DNA of 64,000 nt from Phoronis australis (lineage: Eukaryota; Animalia; Phoronida). The position numbers were made by a program, and so were the translations under genes. The notes below the pieces were generated by a model. That model saw only the letters and a list, made by a program, of their open reading frames with translations, was not told where the DNA came from and searched no databases. The stretch spans positions 261,821 through 325,820 of the forward strand of contig NMRA01000260.1 in assembly GCA_002633005.1 (NCBI GenBank). Direction: 5' to 3'. Position 1 is the stretch's first letter. Each line of letters opens with the position of its first letter. This document shows, piece by piece, positions 27,051 to 39,595 of this stretch.

Positions 27051-27140
27051 CAGGGCTTTATCCAGGATATCGAAAATAGAGTGTCCAAATTGGGGTTCCC
27101 AATATTCCAGGGCATCCATGATTCCAACGATGCGTTACCC
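27051..27140. mobile_element. Truncated end of the hAT MITE family at 34758-35247 (inverted), in LITAF intron 2
   Basis: Reverse complement of ~35160-35247. Confidence 0.75.
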
Positions 27141-27144
27141 CCAC

Positions 27145-27330
27145 TTATTTATTTATTTATTTATTAATGTAATATTTACAATGAGGGTAGCCCCATCAGT
27201 TCACACTGCTTTCCATGGGGGCCCTCAGTAAAAACAAACAGATAGTAAGACAAAAACAGAATTACACAATGAAAGGCAAATTTAAGTACATTGTAATATT
27301 TTAAATACATTTTATATTTGGGTTAGTTTC
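27145..27330 (-). mobile_element. 3' tail of a LINE/SINE (L2/CR1-like) with (TAAA)n end
   Basis: Minus strand GAGGGCCCCCATGGAAAGC...GATGGGGCTACCCTCATTGTAAATATTACATT(AATA)n; same tail on + at 51124-51183. 5' boundary uncertain. Confidence 0.6.
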
Positions 27331-28074
27331 CATTCTGGTTTGATAGCTATCAGATAGGTCAATTACTGTAAAACCATTAAATTTATGCAAAACGGTAACA
27401 AGACCATCAGTAATAAACTCCTTTTTTATGAGCTTGCTTTCATCCCTCACTAATATCAATGTCGTAAAAAACAACAGCTAATAGCTATCCCATCTATTCT
27501 TTCACAGTTGTAACAGATTGATAGTACTAATTTGAAAGACATCATTCACCTATCAAATGTTCATCATTATATTCACTGACCTTAATAATAGTGTATAACA
27601 AAAATGAAAGTATAATAATACTGTATACATGAATTGCTTATTGCTACACATTGATTCGGAAAGATTGTTGCAGATGCTGGAAGAGCCCCCACCAAGAAAC
27701 AACCACCTCTGGGGACTTTTACAGAAAAAAAAGCTTGAAAAAAACTTCCATGGTAGCTCTTTTGGTATCATTTTGCATACCCAGCATGGGGCACACACAC
27801 ACATGTATGGAAAATGTGGGGCTCTTGGAAATCCCCACAATGTTGAGATGCGCATTGTTGCATATAATTTGTGATAGTGACATCAGGTAATTAAGAACGC
27901 TCCGCCTATATTCGTAGCAACAAACACTTAAAAGGCACAGGTACATGTACTCCATGTTTCACAAACTTTCACCCACTCAGTTCAAAAGTCTTGACAAGTG
28001 TAGAATATTAACCATCACTGGCTTCTGTAAATACAGTACTTAACACTAGCCAATTATGTTCAGAAGGGACTTAC

Positions 28075-28240
28075 ATGCCAAACCCAGCCAAACATATTCC
28101 TCCACATACTGCCCAGTTAAATGTTCCAATCTTGTACTCTGTACTTGTTACTATGTCCGCCTGACAATACATACATTTCATCTGCTGTGGATTCTGGTTG
28201 AAGCGAATAGGTCCTGGCTGGATTGTGATTGGTGGTTGTC
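28075..28240 (-). CDS. Nested LITAF/CDIP1-family gene, coding exon 2 (GQPPITIQPGPIRFNQNPQQMKCMYCQADIVTSTEYKIGTFNWAVCGGICLAGFG)
   Basis: CTTTTCATCTTAG acceptor, GTAAGT donor; first CxxC knuckle followed by the hydrophobic segment of the LITAF domain. Confidence 0.93.
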
Positions 28241-29834
28241 CTAAGATGAAAAGAAGTTATTACAGGTCAGTGTTGTAAATCGTGAACTCATGGTTGCTAG
28301 CCCAGTGATCTCCACACCAGAAAATTTAAACTTGATATGAATCACTAGATTCATGTGCACATTAGAACGTCCAGGTCCTCATTGGGAGGGCGGGGGGAGG
28401 GATTGTGCCAACGTCAGGAATTTGTACATTGAACTGGTGCATAAGTCAATAAGTGACCCATAAACAGCAAATATTCTCCAGTTTCGGAGAGCAAAGTCAT
28501 TTTGTTCAAGGTCATGGCCTGTACCTAATTTTGCAATTAGGCAATATTAGCCATACCAATTTCATGAATTATTATAAAGGACAAACGATTAAACCTTGAT
28601 GTTACACTGTATAGAGATGCACATGAAAATGGTGCCTATTTTCTGATTGTTCTTAGAATTGAGAAGACTGTGTTGCTGTTAAAGCAGTGTTCAATATTCG
28701 AGACGTAAAAAGTGCTCAGAATAAAAAATTCAATTTCAGCTTGAAATTTGATGAACCAAAATTTAGAGATTATTCCAAACTGGAGAATCTTTACCATAAT
28801 ATATTAAATGATTAAGCTGCCTAGAGTTGGAACAAGTTAGCTTAACTCATTATAGCTGCAAACTCTGTTACAGTGAGAGCTCAAATGTGATGCAGAATAT
28901 TTGGTGAGCTCCTTCGAATAAGACCAAGTTGAGAATAGAAAGTCACTCACTTGATGGTGCTATTTTAACAATGAAAAATAAAAAGACTTGGTTGTCGCAA
29001 GATGGCGATAGGGTAGTTGGTGGATAGTGTTCTGCGTTCTTGTATTGATTTACTGCAGTCGGGTATTGTCCAACATTCTTTATAAATTCTTTACAGTCAT
29101 GTTGACTGTGCTTTGCAGTGACTTATTCAAACAATTCATACAACAATGTCCAACATTGAAAAGTGTCTGAGAATCCCAACAAGTTGCTTTTTGTTCCTGT
29201 TAACTCGGCCAGTCTTAAACACCAAAATTACAAATAAGGGTCACTTTCCTGCTTTTACAATGGGAAAGAGTTTGTGTAGAGAGTTTCTTGTTTATGGAAA
29301 CCAAACATTTTGACTGAGATAGGCAGAGAGCCTACGCGTTGTGGGTGCATCGAGTTTGAATTTTGCCGTGACTAGTTTGGCTCACTTGCGTCGAGTTTAA
29401 AAACTTGTGCAACAAGTTTGAAGTATTAGGAGATTAGTCATTTCTTAAGCGAATTAGGACATTTTGGACTTTTGCTACCAGTTTGATGTATTTATTTCAA
29501 ACTCCCTACAGTATAGAATTGAACACATGTACATGAATTTTGAAATTAAACTCGAGTTCGAATTTTCTGTTGTGGAGAACACTGAATATGGTGGACAAAA
29601 GAAATCCTATTTTGTCAAATTTCTCCTCAAAAAAGAAGATCAAGAATATCTTAGTCCATTACTAATAAGGTTTGTACTGTATAGATTTCATAAAACAACA
29701 TTTGGTAAAGTTTCTTTTTTACAGAAAGGTCATCAGCCTTGAAAATAAGTTTTTGTGCGAAGTAAGCAGAGAATAACCGTAAACGTTCGTGCAGGAAGCA
29801 CCTTCCCTTGATGATGTGTATCGTATTGACTCAC

Positions 29835-29988
29835 CTGGGACATACGCCATTGTTCCCGGGGGTGGTACTGCTGGTTGATAAACTGGTGGCGGAACTGTAC
29901 CAGGTGGTTGGACTGGATAACCAGTGTTTTGAGTTGAGTAGCCAGGGTGTTGGGGTTCAGGTGCTATCTCGTTGGGTTTGCTGGACAT
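29835..29988 (-). CDS. Nested LITAF/CDIP1-family gene, coding exon 1 (Pro/Tyr-rich MSSKPNE...PPPVYQP...MAYVP)
   Basis: ATG at 29988, CAG|GTGAGT donor (phase 1), PPxY motif (PPVY). Confidence 0.9.
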
Positions 29989-30253
29989 GATGAAGTCTCT
30001 AATGTTGATTAAACAGTTTGGGTTGTTGGTTAAGTTGTAGTTTTTCAGTTGATTCAGAAATACTTGTAGGGAACAGTTGATTTAGTAGATGTCAGTAGCC
30101 CTCTTTTTTCTCAGTGTGAGATGGGACTTGACATAGTTGGCCACAGATCAGTCTGAAATTTGAATTTGGAACTACAAACTGCTCTATGAAAGCTGTCACA
30201 ACATCTAACTTGGAATAGAGCATTTGAGAGATGAGGAGCAAGGTGGATTTTTA

Positions 30254-30260
30254 TTTTATA
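30254..30260 (-). promoter_or_regulatory. Candidate TATA box (TATAAAA) of the nested LITAF-like gene
   Basis: Minus-strand TATAAAA about 270 bp upstream of the ATG; TSS unknown. Confidence 0.35.
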
Positions 30261-32262
30261 CCACTTCTCTTCGTGTCAGGAGACCAACCTGTTGCTGCAC
30301 AGCAGGAATTCTCCTGAGATTTGTAAAACCTCGTTTCCACCTGCAGGGCTAGTTTGGAAACCTGCGAGTGGTCTATTGTCGAGTCATTTTCGATCGATGT
30401 GCTCAAAAATAGCTGAACACTCTAGGAATAAATCCTGAGAGGATCTTTGGAAAATTGGAAGTCTCACTGCTGCAACAAACACTTCACGGTTTATTAAACA
30501 ATTCACGAGGTTGATCTTTCCACTCACTTTAGGGTGATAGGCAACTGAATCTGATTAAGGGGGATGTAAGAAAAATAATGTCTATTTCGCTGTTTTTGTA
30601 GTCATAATCGCAAGTTCATCCAGGATTTTTAATAGACGGTCCAAAACGGGTTCCCAATTTCTCAAAAGGCCTTTTCATTTTACATTTTGCTCAAATAATT
30701 ACCAATCAACTTTTGTGTCAATTAGCACATGTAAATGTTCGCAAATTGTCACATAAAAAAATCTTACTCTGATGCTGTTAACTACCAAAGCTGGTATGAA
30801 GGTATGAACGATTCAATTAACTACTACGCTCATACTGGAGTTAAGTAAGTATGAAAGGGCCTCAAGTGTCCATGACCACTTACATGTCAATGTGTTTTTA
30901 TGACACCAAGTGAAATTACTGTTATAAGAACCTTTCCTACTACAGATTGAGAAGGGTGGAGTAACCTTATTTCTTGACCACAAGAATTTTAGACCCAATG
31001 TGAAAGATGATTTAGATCGGTGTAAATTTAGGAAGGTACTAAAGTTAGTACACTAGAAAAGACCAGCAGACCAAAGTTATTCCGATTATACAATGTGAAA
31101 CATTTAGTCCACATTATTTTTTCTACCCTCTTGCTACTTCACAATAGTGCCACTTAGCGTAGTGTCACCGGCTGCATGCTCACTGTACAACTAAGTAACA
31201 TGTCTCTAAGCAACAGATCTAACAAAAATAGAAGTGTTAACTGGTTGCCAAATGAAACCCAAGGTTCTGATCAACATTTGGAGCTAATCATTGATTCAAT
31301 TATAAGTTCTGATGGACAGGATCGCAGCACCGTAGCAACATCTCGCGTTTTGTAGGGTGAAGCTTTAAAATTAGGACGGGAATCCTTGTCTGGTCAAGTG
31401 AGAAAGGTGACAATTTGTAACAGTGGTTATCATACTGCCCTAACAGCTAACTAGTTCAGACTAACTAATACCAAAGCAGTTGTACATTGGTCTGCAACAA
31501 AGTTTATGGTATCTAACACATCATATCTTTATTCACTTTTTTATTCTGGACAGGCCAGTGAGGTCCTAGAGTTGCTGCTAGCAAGTAAAAGAGCCTACTT
31601 ACTTACTTGAGCATCCAAATGCTTATCAGGGCATTTTAACGCGGGAGTCTGAATTTGTGTCAAGGTGTCCCTTTAGTTGCCCTGGATGCATGCAAGATGA
31701 AGACCTAGTCGTAATGCCTAAGAATGGTCAGGAGTCCTTACTAATGTGGCTGATTTCCTGGACTTGTACTTCTATGTCTTAATCCATTTTAGGTGTGCAT
31801 AATGACATCCATCAAGAATTGTAGAACTTTCTACCCGATATTATTCAAAAGTTATGAACATAGGTGTCTAGACTTCGAACAACTCGGAGTGACTGCCATT
31901 GTCAACCCTGGAGCCAAACATCAGTCAGAAAACACTGGTCTGATCCCATTATGCACTTTTCCTATTGGAACTTCATTCAAACTTCGCTCTGGCTTGCCGT
32001 TTGGAAAACACCAAACCATGTAAGTCCTGATTTAAATGATATTTAGCCTGACAAATTTTACCCATCAAACTTACCTTCTTGCCTGTAACCTCTAAACTCT
32101 ATATTGCTAAGCTGTTCAATAGCCTTAGCAGAAACCCATGGAGTCTGTTGACACAAAAGGGTTTGCTCTCCTATAATCACTTAGTTCAAATACAGTTTGT
32201 CAATAGGCTGTTGTGAAATGTATTGCGAAATTTCTGCTTGCTTGGTAACAACTTCAAAATCA

Positions 32263-32671
32263 CTTTCCCATTAGGGGAACTTGAGTAGTGGTTTCGAAGC
32301 TAATTGAAAATTGTTCGCCTGCTTTTTACGAGTGTTTATGAAAATGATCACAGTGTCATTCTTCATCAGATGTGTTATCTTTCATTTATTTATGTCCGTT
32401 TATTGAGAGCACGTCGGTTTCGCTACAATAACATGGGACACGTTTTGCGAGTCTTGCATGATCATCTATCATTGCTGCGACCTCTACCGATAACATTAAC
32501 GAAGCTTCGGTTTTATGTTCCCATTGCACCGAAGCTTCAGTGAGTGCTGAAGCTTCGCTTTTAAATCCTAGTGTTTTAAGCGAAGTTTCGCTTGCAGATT
32601 AAGTACCGGAGTTAACCTTCCCCACTTACTGTAACTTCAGTAAAAGTGAAGTTTTGCTTCTAATGGGAAAG
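32263..32671. mobile_element. MITE with CTTTCCCATTAG inverted termini and internal GAAGCTTC palindromes
   Basis: 12-bp inverted ends; related AATGGGAACACTTA ends at ~36420 and ~38160. Confidence 0.55.
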
Positions 32672-33502
32672 CAACTTAACAGTGGTAACACCATGTGTTT
32701 TATTTGCACAGTAAAATCTTACTAATTTGGATCACAATATGGCAGATAGGGGAGTTTTTATTTTCTCCATTTTATGCTCCAACATATTTATATGCATATT
32801 GCTATCATCTCTGTCTGGGTGTCCGGCATTCGCAACCCTATCTCTTAAACTCCTTGCAGGATTTTAATGAGGTTTGGCAAATGTTTTCCTTTAAAAGTGG
32901 CAACTTAACAGATGACGACGACTTTCATTCAGACCAATATGACTACCACTATGCCCCCTAGAGGCAATTTGAGTTTTGTGCGATTCCCTCTGTATCTTTG
33001 TAATTCTCGGATGGATTTTCTCAAAATTTGGCAAATAGGTTTTTACTTTGAAGGCAGCGATACTTTTACATTTTTGGATGTATTTGACCATTCTGCACTA
33101 CTTAGCTCAGTTTTTTTAAAATTTTGAGTTCATTTTTTAATGTCCATCTTTCTATCTGCCAAGTCACTCCAAGGATCATTATGAAAATTGGCAGGTGTGT
33201 TTCTGATAAGGAGACGGCAGTTAACGTTGCTCCATTGCAATATAAAATTGCATTCATGGGGTCCTCATGTTATAGTTCACATATATGAAAAGTATCCATG
33301 AATGGCAAAGTGATGTTTCACAGATCATGAAAGTGCTCTCCATCCCCTTGTTAATTGATTGTAACACTGTACTGCTGTTGTAATTGCCATCACCTGACCA
33401 CTATCACCAGAATCTTGAAATTATCGTTGGTCATATAAACACAATTTTACTTCACAGATTGAATAAAAGACAGCTCTTAAAGGAAATGAAAATAAATGTT
33501 AA

Positions 33503-34744
33503 AGACCGTACATAACGGCCAAATGACTTTTGAACATGTTAAATATCTGTATCATTGATCGACACAAACATATCCCTCCCTTTACTCCTGACATTAGCTA
33601 ATTACGCCAATTACTATCGTACGACCCCATCATGAACCCCATTTAGCGCCGAAAAAAAACTTTATGTGGCGCTCGTTCTAATCGACGCAAATGACGTCAT
33701 TGTTGGTACCCAAGACGTATCGAACAGTCCGTTGCCACAGGAAGCTTACCATACGGTGTCTGGTGCATATTTCAAGTCACAGATTTTCAAAATTACAACT
33801 GTTAGAGACAACCAAGCTCAAATACTATACGACACTTATCTCGACACTTCCACGTGCATGTAATATGCTACAACTTACTGTCCCTTGATAGTTTAGCGTC
33901 GCCAAAGACAGTAGCGCATTCTCGGTGGGGACCACTTACTCAGTCTAACATCAAATACTTATTCACAAAGACGTCGGGGTTTAACGAACAGATTTAACAA
34001 ACTGGGTCCCTGCGTGCATTGGGGGACAGGTTTGCAATGAATGGAGATTTGTCGGACCCATGGCGATATCCTGGCGGAATGCGTGTACCGGAGAATTAAT
34101 TTGTTTGTAGTCGCTCCGTGATAATTACGGGATTATGTCGGGGAGTAAGTCGGCGTTACACATCTTAACGAAGCGAAAGGCTCACTCGCAGCACGATGAA
34201 AAAGAATGACCCGAGACTTTTCGCACTTGGGTTAGAAAAGTATAGGCCTAATACCTTGCAATGGACGGACGTTCAATGAAAAGTACTGCGAAATGGAAGA
34301 TTAAGAAAATGTAGAAACAACGTTTGGATGGATTAGCGCCGTGTATGTTCAAGTCAGAGGAATCCGAGTAAATAAGTGAAACAGAAGGGGAAACTTACCG
34401 GCCAATTGTCACGGAACTCGCTACGGACCGTCATTTGAAGACAAAGGCATTTTACACAAGGCATACGAAACTTAACCCGTAACTGACGCAGCTAGCTGCA
34501 CGCCGATTAGTGAGACCTGCAGGAAAATCTAAGTGCGATTGAGGTGGAAACAAAATATTGAGCACAAAGGACAAAGTTAGCGCTGCGAATAGGTNGTTTC
34601 TGATGAGGGCACATAATATGGGGGGCACAAAATGCGTAGTAATTAGTTAGTGGTTGTGTGGAATAAAACGAAACAAAGATATGTTGCACAAAAGTACATG
34701 TAATTAACATATCTAAAAGGCAGTTGGCTCATTTTATAGGGACT
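33503..34744. mobile_element. Old Kolobok-like DNA transposon remnant
   Basis: TTAA on both flanks; degenerate AG..CT TIRs (about 17/24 match); internal PCMFKSEE (34339-34362) resembles the PYMFEPE motif typical of Kolobok elements. Confidence 0.5.
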
Positions 34745-34757
34745 TTAAGCACCTACT

Positions 34758-35247
34758 CAGGCCTTTATGCAGCGTATGTCCTGGGCGTCCATTTGGCCGC
34801 CCTAGCACTAATATGGATGCCCTGGCAAGGACACCCAATGTATCATTTGGACACCCACTGTCAATAGGAACCTTTCAAGTTTGGACTCACATATTGTAAT
34901 GATTGCTAGAAAGCCTCTGAAGGCTCACAGTGGGAGCTCTTTTTTCAAAGCTGGAAGAAATATACAATGTATATACAAAGTATATGCATTGTTGCTATTT
35001 TGACACTTGATTGACAGCATTGTAAAAGTCTTGGTCTACACATTTTTTTAGTAAAAATGCTCACCATAGAAGGCTCTTTTGTAAACTTAACTGTAAAAAC
35101 CTTGATCTATGCATTTTTTGTAAAAAAATCTGTGTGCTTGGGGGTATTGCTGGGGGTGGGGGGTTACGCGTCGGAATCATGGACGCCCTGGAATATTGGG
35201 AACCCCATTTTGGACACCCTATTTTCAAAATCCTGGATAAAGGCCTG
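34758..35247. mobile_element. hAT MITE, TIR CAGGCCTTTATSCAG, perfect 8-bp TSD CACCTACT
   Basis: TSD at 34750-34757 and 35248-35255. Confidence 0.92.
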
Positions 35248-36440
35248 CACCTACTTGGTTTAAATATGTTTCATTTCTTATTTGTTGTACGTATGAGCTG
35301 TAGGTACTTGCATTTTCAGTCAGCCTTCAATCTGTGATGGAAATGTTTAATTTATAAGACATATATACGTGAGCATAACCAGTCTTAAACTCTTGTTCAC
35401 TGACCATGTTATGCTGTAGGTCTATACTCATCTAACTTGTAATTAGTTTGCTGCGTTTTCAAATGCAGTCAAGAGTTATGTGTAATTGTGTTCTTCAAAT
35501 CATTGAAAATATGTCTTACTTATTAACTTGGATGTATGCCTCCTGTGTTGGTGTCATTGAACATAAGCCATCAATTCTAAAATAACTGGTTGCCATGTAC
35601 ATATGTAGCATTTAGGACACAATATTGCTGACGAGTAAAATTTTATTTCATCTTTTTTCATGAAAAATGTATGGCATCAAATTAATGTTTTTTAACAAGT
35701 TCAAGTTCTGGACCATAGCTAACATCTGACAATGGTTTGAGAAATTGTCACGTTCGCGGCAAGGCTTAAAAAAAGCCCTTGAAAATCTAAACAGGACTAT
35801 TTTATTTTTGTCTGAAATTAGAGAGATTTTGCTGTGTAAGATCAGACTGCTGACACTGGCTGAGTTTTGAAGAGGGTTGAAGTGATCTCAATGATTGTGA
35901 ATGACTAATTTGTTTTCGCTGAACTTTTCACACCTTTTCAAGCTGTATACCGTCTGGCTCTAGATCTCATTGGTTGGATGCAAAGGAATTTTGGTCTTTC
36001 TTCTGAAATTAAATGCCATTTTCTTGCGAGTTTTCACCCATGTTCGGCTAAAAGCTTACCCTCTCATGTTCGGTCATATGCCCATCATTATTACATATAC
36101 CGCACAAGACAAAAGTGATCCAAACAACTAATTCTGTTTACTAGTAATAGCTAGATCCACAAAATTCTAATTACTATTTGCTTAGCCACCTTACTAACTT
36201 TTTAGTTCATTCTCAGTCATGAGGTAAGACCATTCTGACGATGAATTAGGATTCCGCCCCATCATCATCATGGGGGAATTCTGAGTCATTTTGTCTGAAT
36301 ACTTTTAGCTTGCACTGTAGTTGACAGTTTTATTCTTAAAAGCTCCTTAGTTTGCTAGATGATCTTTGCAGTGTCTTTCCCTCTGTTATTAGTGCTTCAA
36401 TACTTAGAGAGTGTCAGTCAATGGGAACACTTAAATTCGG

Positions 36441-36585
36441 AAGGCGCCAGACATGGCCAAGCCCGCTGGAACTCAAGGTAAAACTGTGGGGCCCGACGGC
36501 ATTATTGCGGCGAACTGCAGACTTGGCCCTGAAGACCAGACTGACTATCTAAGCTACATGGCCGGGAACGCTGAAGAAGAAGAAG
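36441..36585 (+). mobile_element. 5'-truncated non-LTR retrotransposon end with (GAA)n tail and 11-bp TSD CTTAAATTCGG
   Basis: TSD at 36430-36440 and 36586-36596; encodes RQTWPSPLELKVKLWGPTALLRRTADLALKTRLTI*, resembling LINE ORF2 C-termini (clade uncertain, possibly I/Ingi-like). Confidence 0.85.
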
Positions 36586-36610
36586 CTTAAATTCGGTCTT
36601 CGAACAAAGT

Positions 36611-37700
36611 TAAGGTTATCTCCATGGCCATTTTTACAATATTTCACTTGTGTCTAGCAAAATACCTATCTTCATTCTCAGGGAACTTCAAAATATACAC
36701 CGCGTAGCGAGGAAAAATGATTTAGCAGAACCACCTTGGAACCGCTCAACCGCGTGGATATTTGTTAACTACTTAACCTAGGTCAAAGGTTAAAGGGCTT
36801 TCAATTAAATCGAATCTCCCGCCAGGTACAGAACAGCTTCGCATACCCTCAGTCCTTTCATTCTCAAAGTCGCCATAACATTGAACCGACAAGGTGTACT
36901 TATGATGGAATGGTGCCGGGGAAAACAAAGACAAAACGTAGTTTTGATCCTAAGGGAGTTGTGCGTCTACATGCATTCAACTGTTGGCGTTGAAAACTAG
37001 TGGTACGAGTCGCCTCAGGCTTCTGTGCTCATGAACACAGAAAGTTGTGAAAATAGATAAATCCTCACCCTAATATCTTAATTCAATTAATAAGTTGACA
37101 TTTGGACGTTTTGATCTCATGCTGACATACTTTAACCATCGATTTGATTTTTGTAATCCATTTCCTACTTGGTTTTGTATCAGTCTCCCAGCACGTCACG
37201 TGTACAGGGTATGAACTGTGACCTACTTAGAAAGTCAGTCCTAAATAAACAGTAAAAGTTAGCTGGGAACAACATGTCTATTTGAGGTTTTAATAATTAA
37301 GTTAGTTACGCACTGCGAAATAAGTTGACACTGCGAGTGAATGTTGAAATAGCTCACAGTGAAGGACTGTATAGGTTATGTGTGCGGAAAACTAGTTTTC
37401 ACTGAACAAATTAATTAACCGATGACTTTGAGATTTTCACTTGTCCCAGTTTAATCGGCTTTTTCTCGGCTTCGGCAAATTGACTTTATTTGAACTCAGG
37501 AACGCTAATTCTCGAAAACAGCTGCATGGATTTCGCTAAAACTTTCCAAACTTAATATTTAGTAATCAATCTAAAACACTGTTAGCATTTTTGATATAAA
37601 GGCCTAGTTTTTGTGTAATGTGACAAAGACGAATACAACTTCAATTTTTTACAAAAATACCTTACGTTTTGCTAGTTGATTTGTCATAGAAACCAAGCAA
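36611..37700. mobile_element. Kolobok-like non-autonomous element, partial copy inverted relative to 39619-41023
   Basis: TTAA-GGTTATCTCCA start; reverse complement of ~39915-41023. Confidence 0.85.
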
Positions 37701-39595
37701 ACAGCAATGACGTTAGGGTCACTTAACAATACCTCCTAGGTCTTTCAACCACTAAACCTAATGGGAAAGGTCAACTTCAATTTGCAGTTTACATGGACTT
37801 GCTAGCACTAGATTTAATTTGGTGGAAAAGGTCATAAATTTCATATTTTTCGCTTGCCTTCCACTCACAAGTATCACATTGTGCTAATGAAACTCTTGCA
37901 TGTGAGTCATGTGAGGTGGCTTATAGTTATTGCATCTCTCCACTCGTTAACCCAAATTGTCTGTCCAAATAAAAGCAGACCTGAATTTCATGTTTAAATA
38001 CCCTAGCTTGTCTCTATGCCCATCCTCTAATCTGAAATTTTCCAATTTTAATGCTCTGTGCACAGTTATTTGTGACAGTATGTGGAAGTAATTTATTTGA
38101 AGAATATGAAGCCTTTCGCGCTGGCTCCGCAGCTTCGGTGTTACCAAAGTTTTGGTCAATGGGAACACTTAGTTTCGACCTTAGATTGAAGTTAAAAGCT
38201 TAAGTTTCCGCTGGAATAAAGAGGCGATGCATCAATACAATGGAAATGCTTGACTTGGATGCCACACAAGTTATCTTCTGGGCTTACTGTGTTTGCCAAC
38301 AGCGGGTGGTGACTGGTTAATAGCTGTTAATATTTTATTCTAGATAACAGTATTATTTTGATAATATAACCATTCTTTGTCAGTTTTAACCGTGTTTTCT
38401 GGATTCTTTACATTTTTAAAAAAATCATCGAGCATACCTCTCGTCACCGCCATACTGCCTTTGTTCCAATCAGTTGATACTCAGCCACCTTTTGATAGCT
38501 CCACTGAATTAGTTGTCTGAATAACTCCAAAGCTGATGGGAATTTTGCTGTTAACTACTGGTTAACATCTAAGCTTCAATAGTAGTGGAGTTAAAACTGG
38601 GAAAGAGCCTTATGTTTTCAACCTTTTTAAATGTTGTATTGTTTATTAGCTGTTCATATCGTATTGTCTGGAGCTAAAGCACACTTTTTTTAAATCTATT
38701 TTTTGCATATTCGCACAATGATTTGATGATGTGCTGTGTAATATAACCTCACCTTGCTCTGTGTAATATGCAAATTCACCTGGTTTATCTTTTGTATCAA
38801 CATGTCACGTACCAGCTCGAACGGTCGCTCTGTTCTATATGACTCACAGTCGTTACATATTACGCCCTGTTGGACACATAGATCTATTATGTTTTACCAG
38901 TTTTCTTATTGAATTTTGCACGTAATATTGAAGTAACTTGGCAAAAAATGTTTGGACGCTATAAGAGAAAAACAGCTATGCCAGTTAAATGCTGTAAGTT
39001 TTGTTTAAGCTTTCATATTTGAACTGTACAGACTTGATCAATAAGTGGTCATGTAATTGTAAGTCGTAAAATGGCTTGTAATTATTGATTCGTCAGTAAT
39101 TAAAAATCTGTGTATGTTTCAGACTTGTAGATTTTTTCAGCACTTGGGAGTCCTTGACTACATGATAGGTTAAGATGATATCATTCATCATTTGGTGCTG
39201 AATTCAAATATGAATCCCAAGGCTGATTGCCTGGGCTGATTGTCAGAAAGTGCTCTGTTATTTTGTGGTTTCGTAATCATCTATTGTGGTCAGCTTTAGT
39301 TTATTGTTGGATACACATGTCCTGGCCCTGTATTTATTACATTTGTTGTGACACATAAAACTATGGTAAAATTTCTTGTAAGTTAAATAGGAATAGCTAT
39401 GCTATTTTTCATTTTTGTTCTTCCATTCATTTTATTATAAAATGCAGGAAGCTAAACATGGGTGAACTGGAGGCTGAATGTAGGCTAATCTTGTGCCTTG
39501 AGTTGCCACTGAAAACATAATTAAGTATTGAGTGGGCATTAAATCAGAAACATTTCTAATCCAGTGACTGTACAGACTGCACAACAGGCATCTCA

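Noticed and set aside
34595-34595. Single N base
   Set aside because: Assembly ambiguity with no biological meaning.
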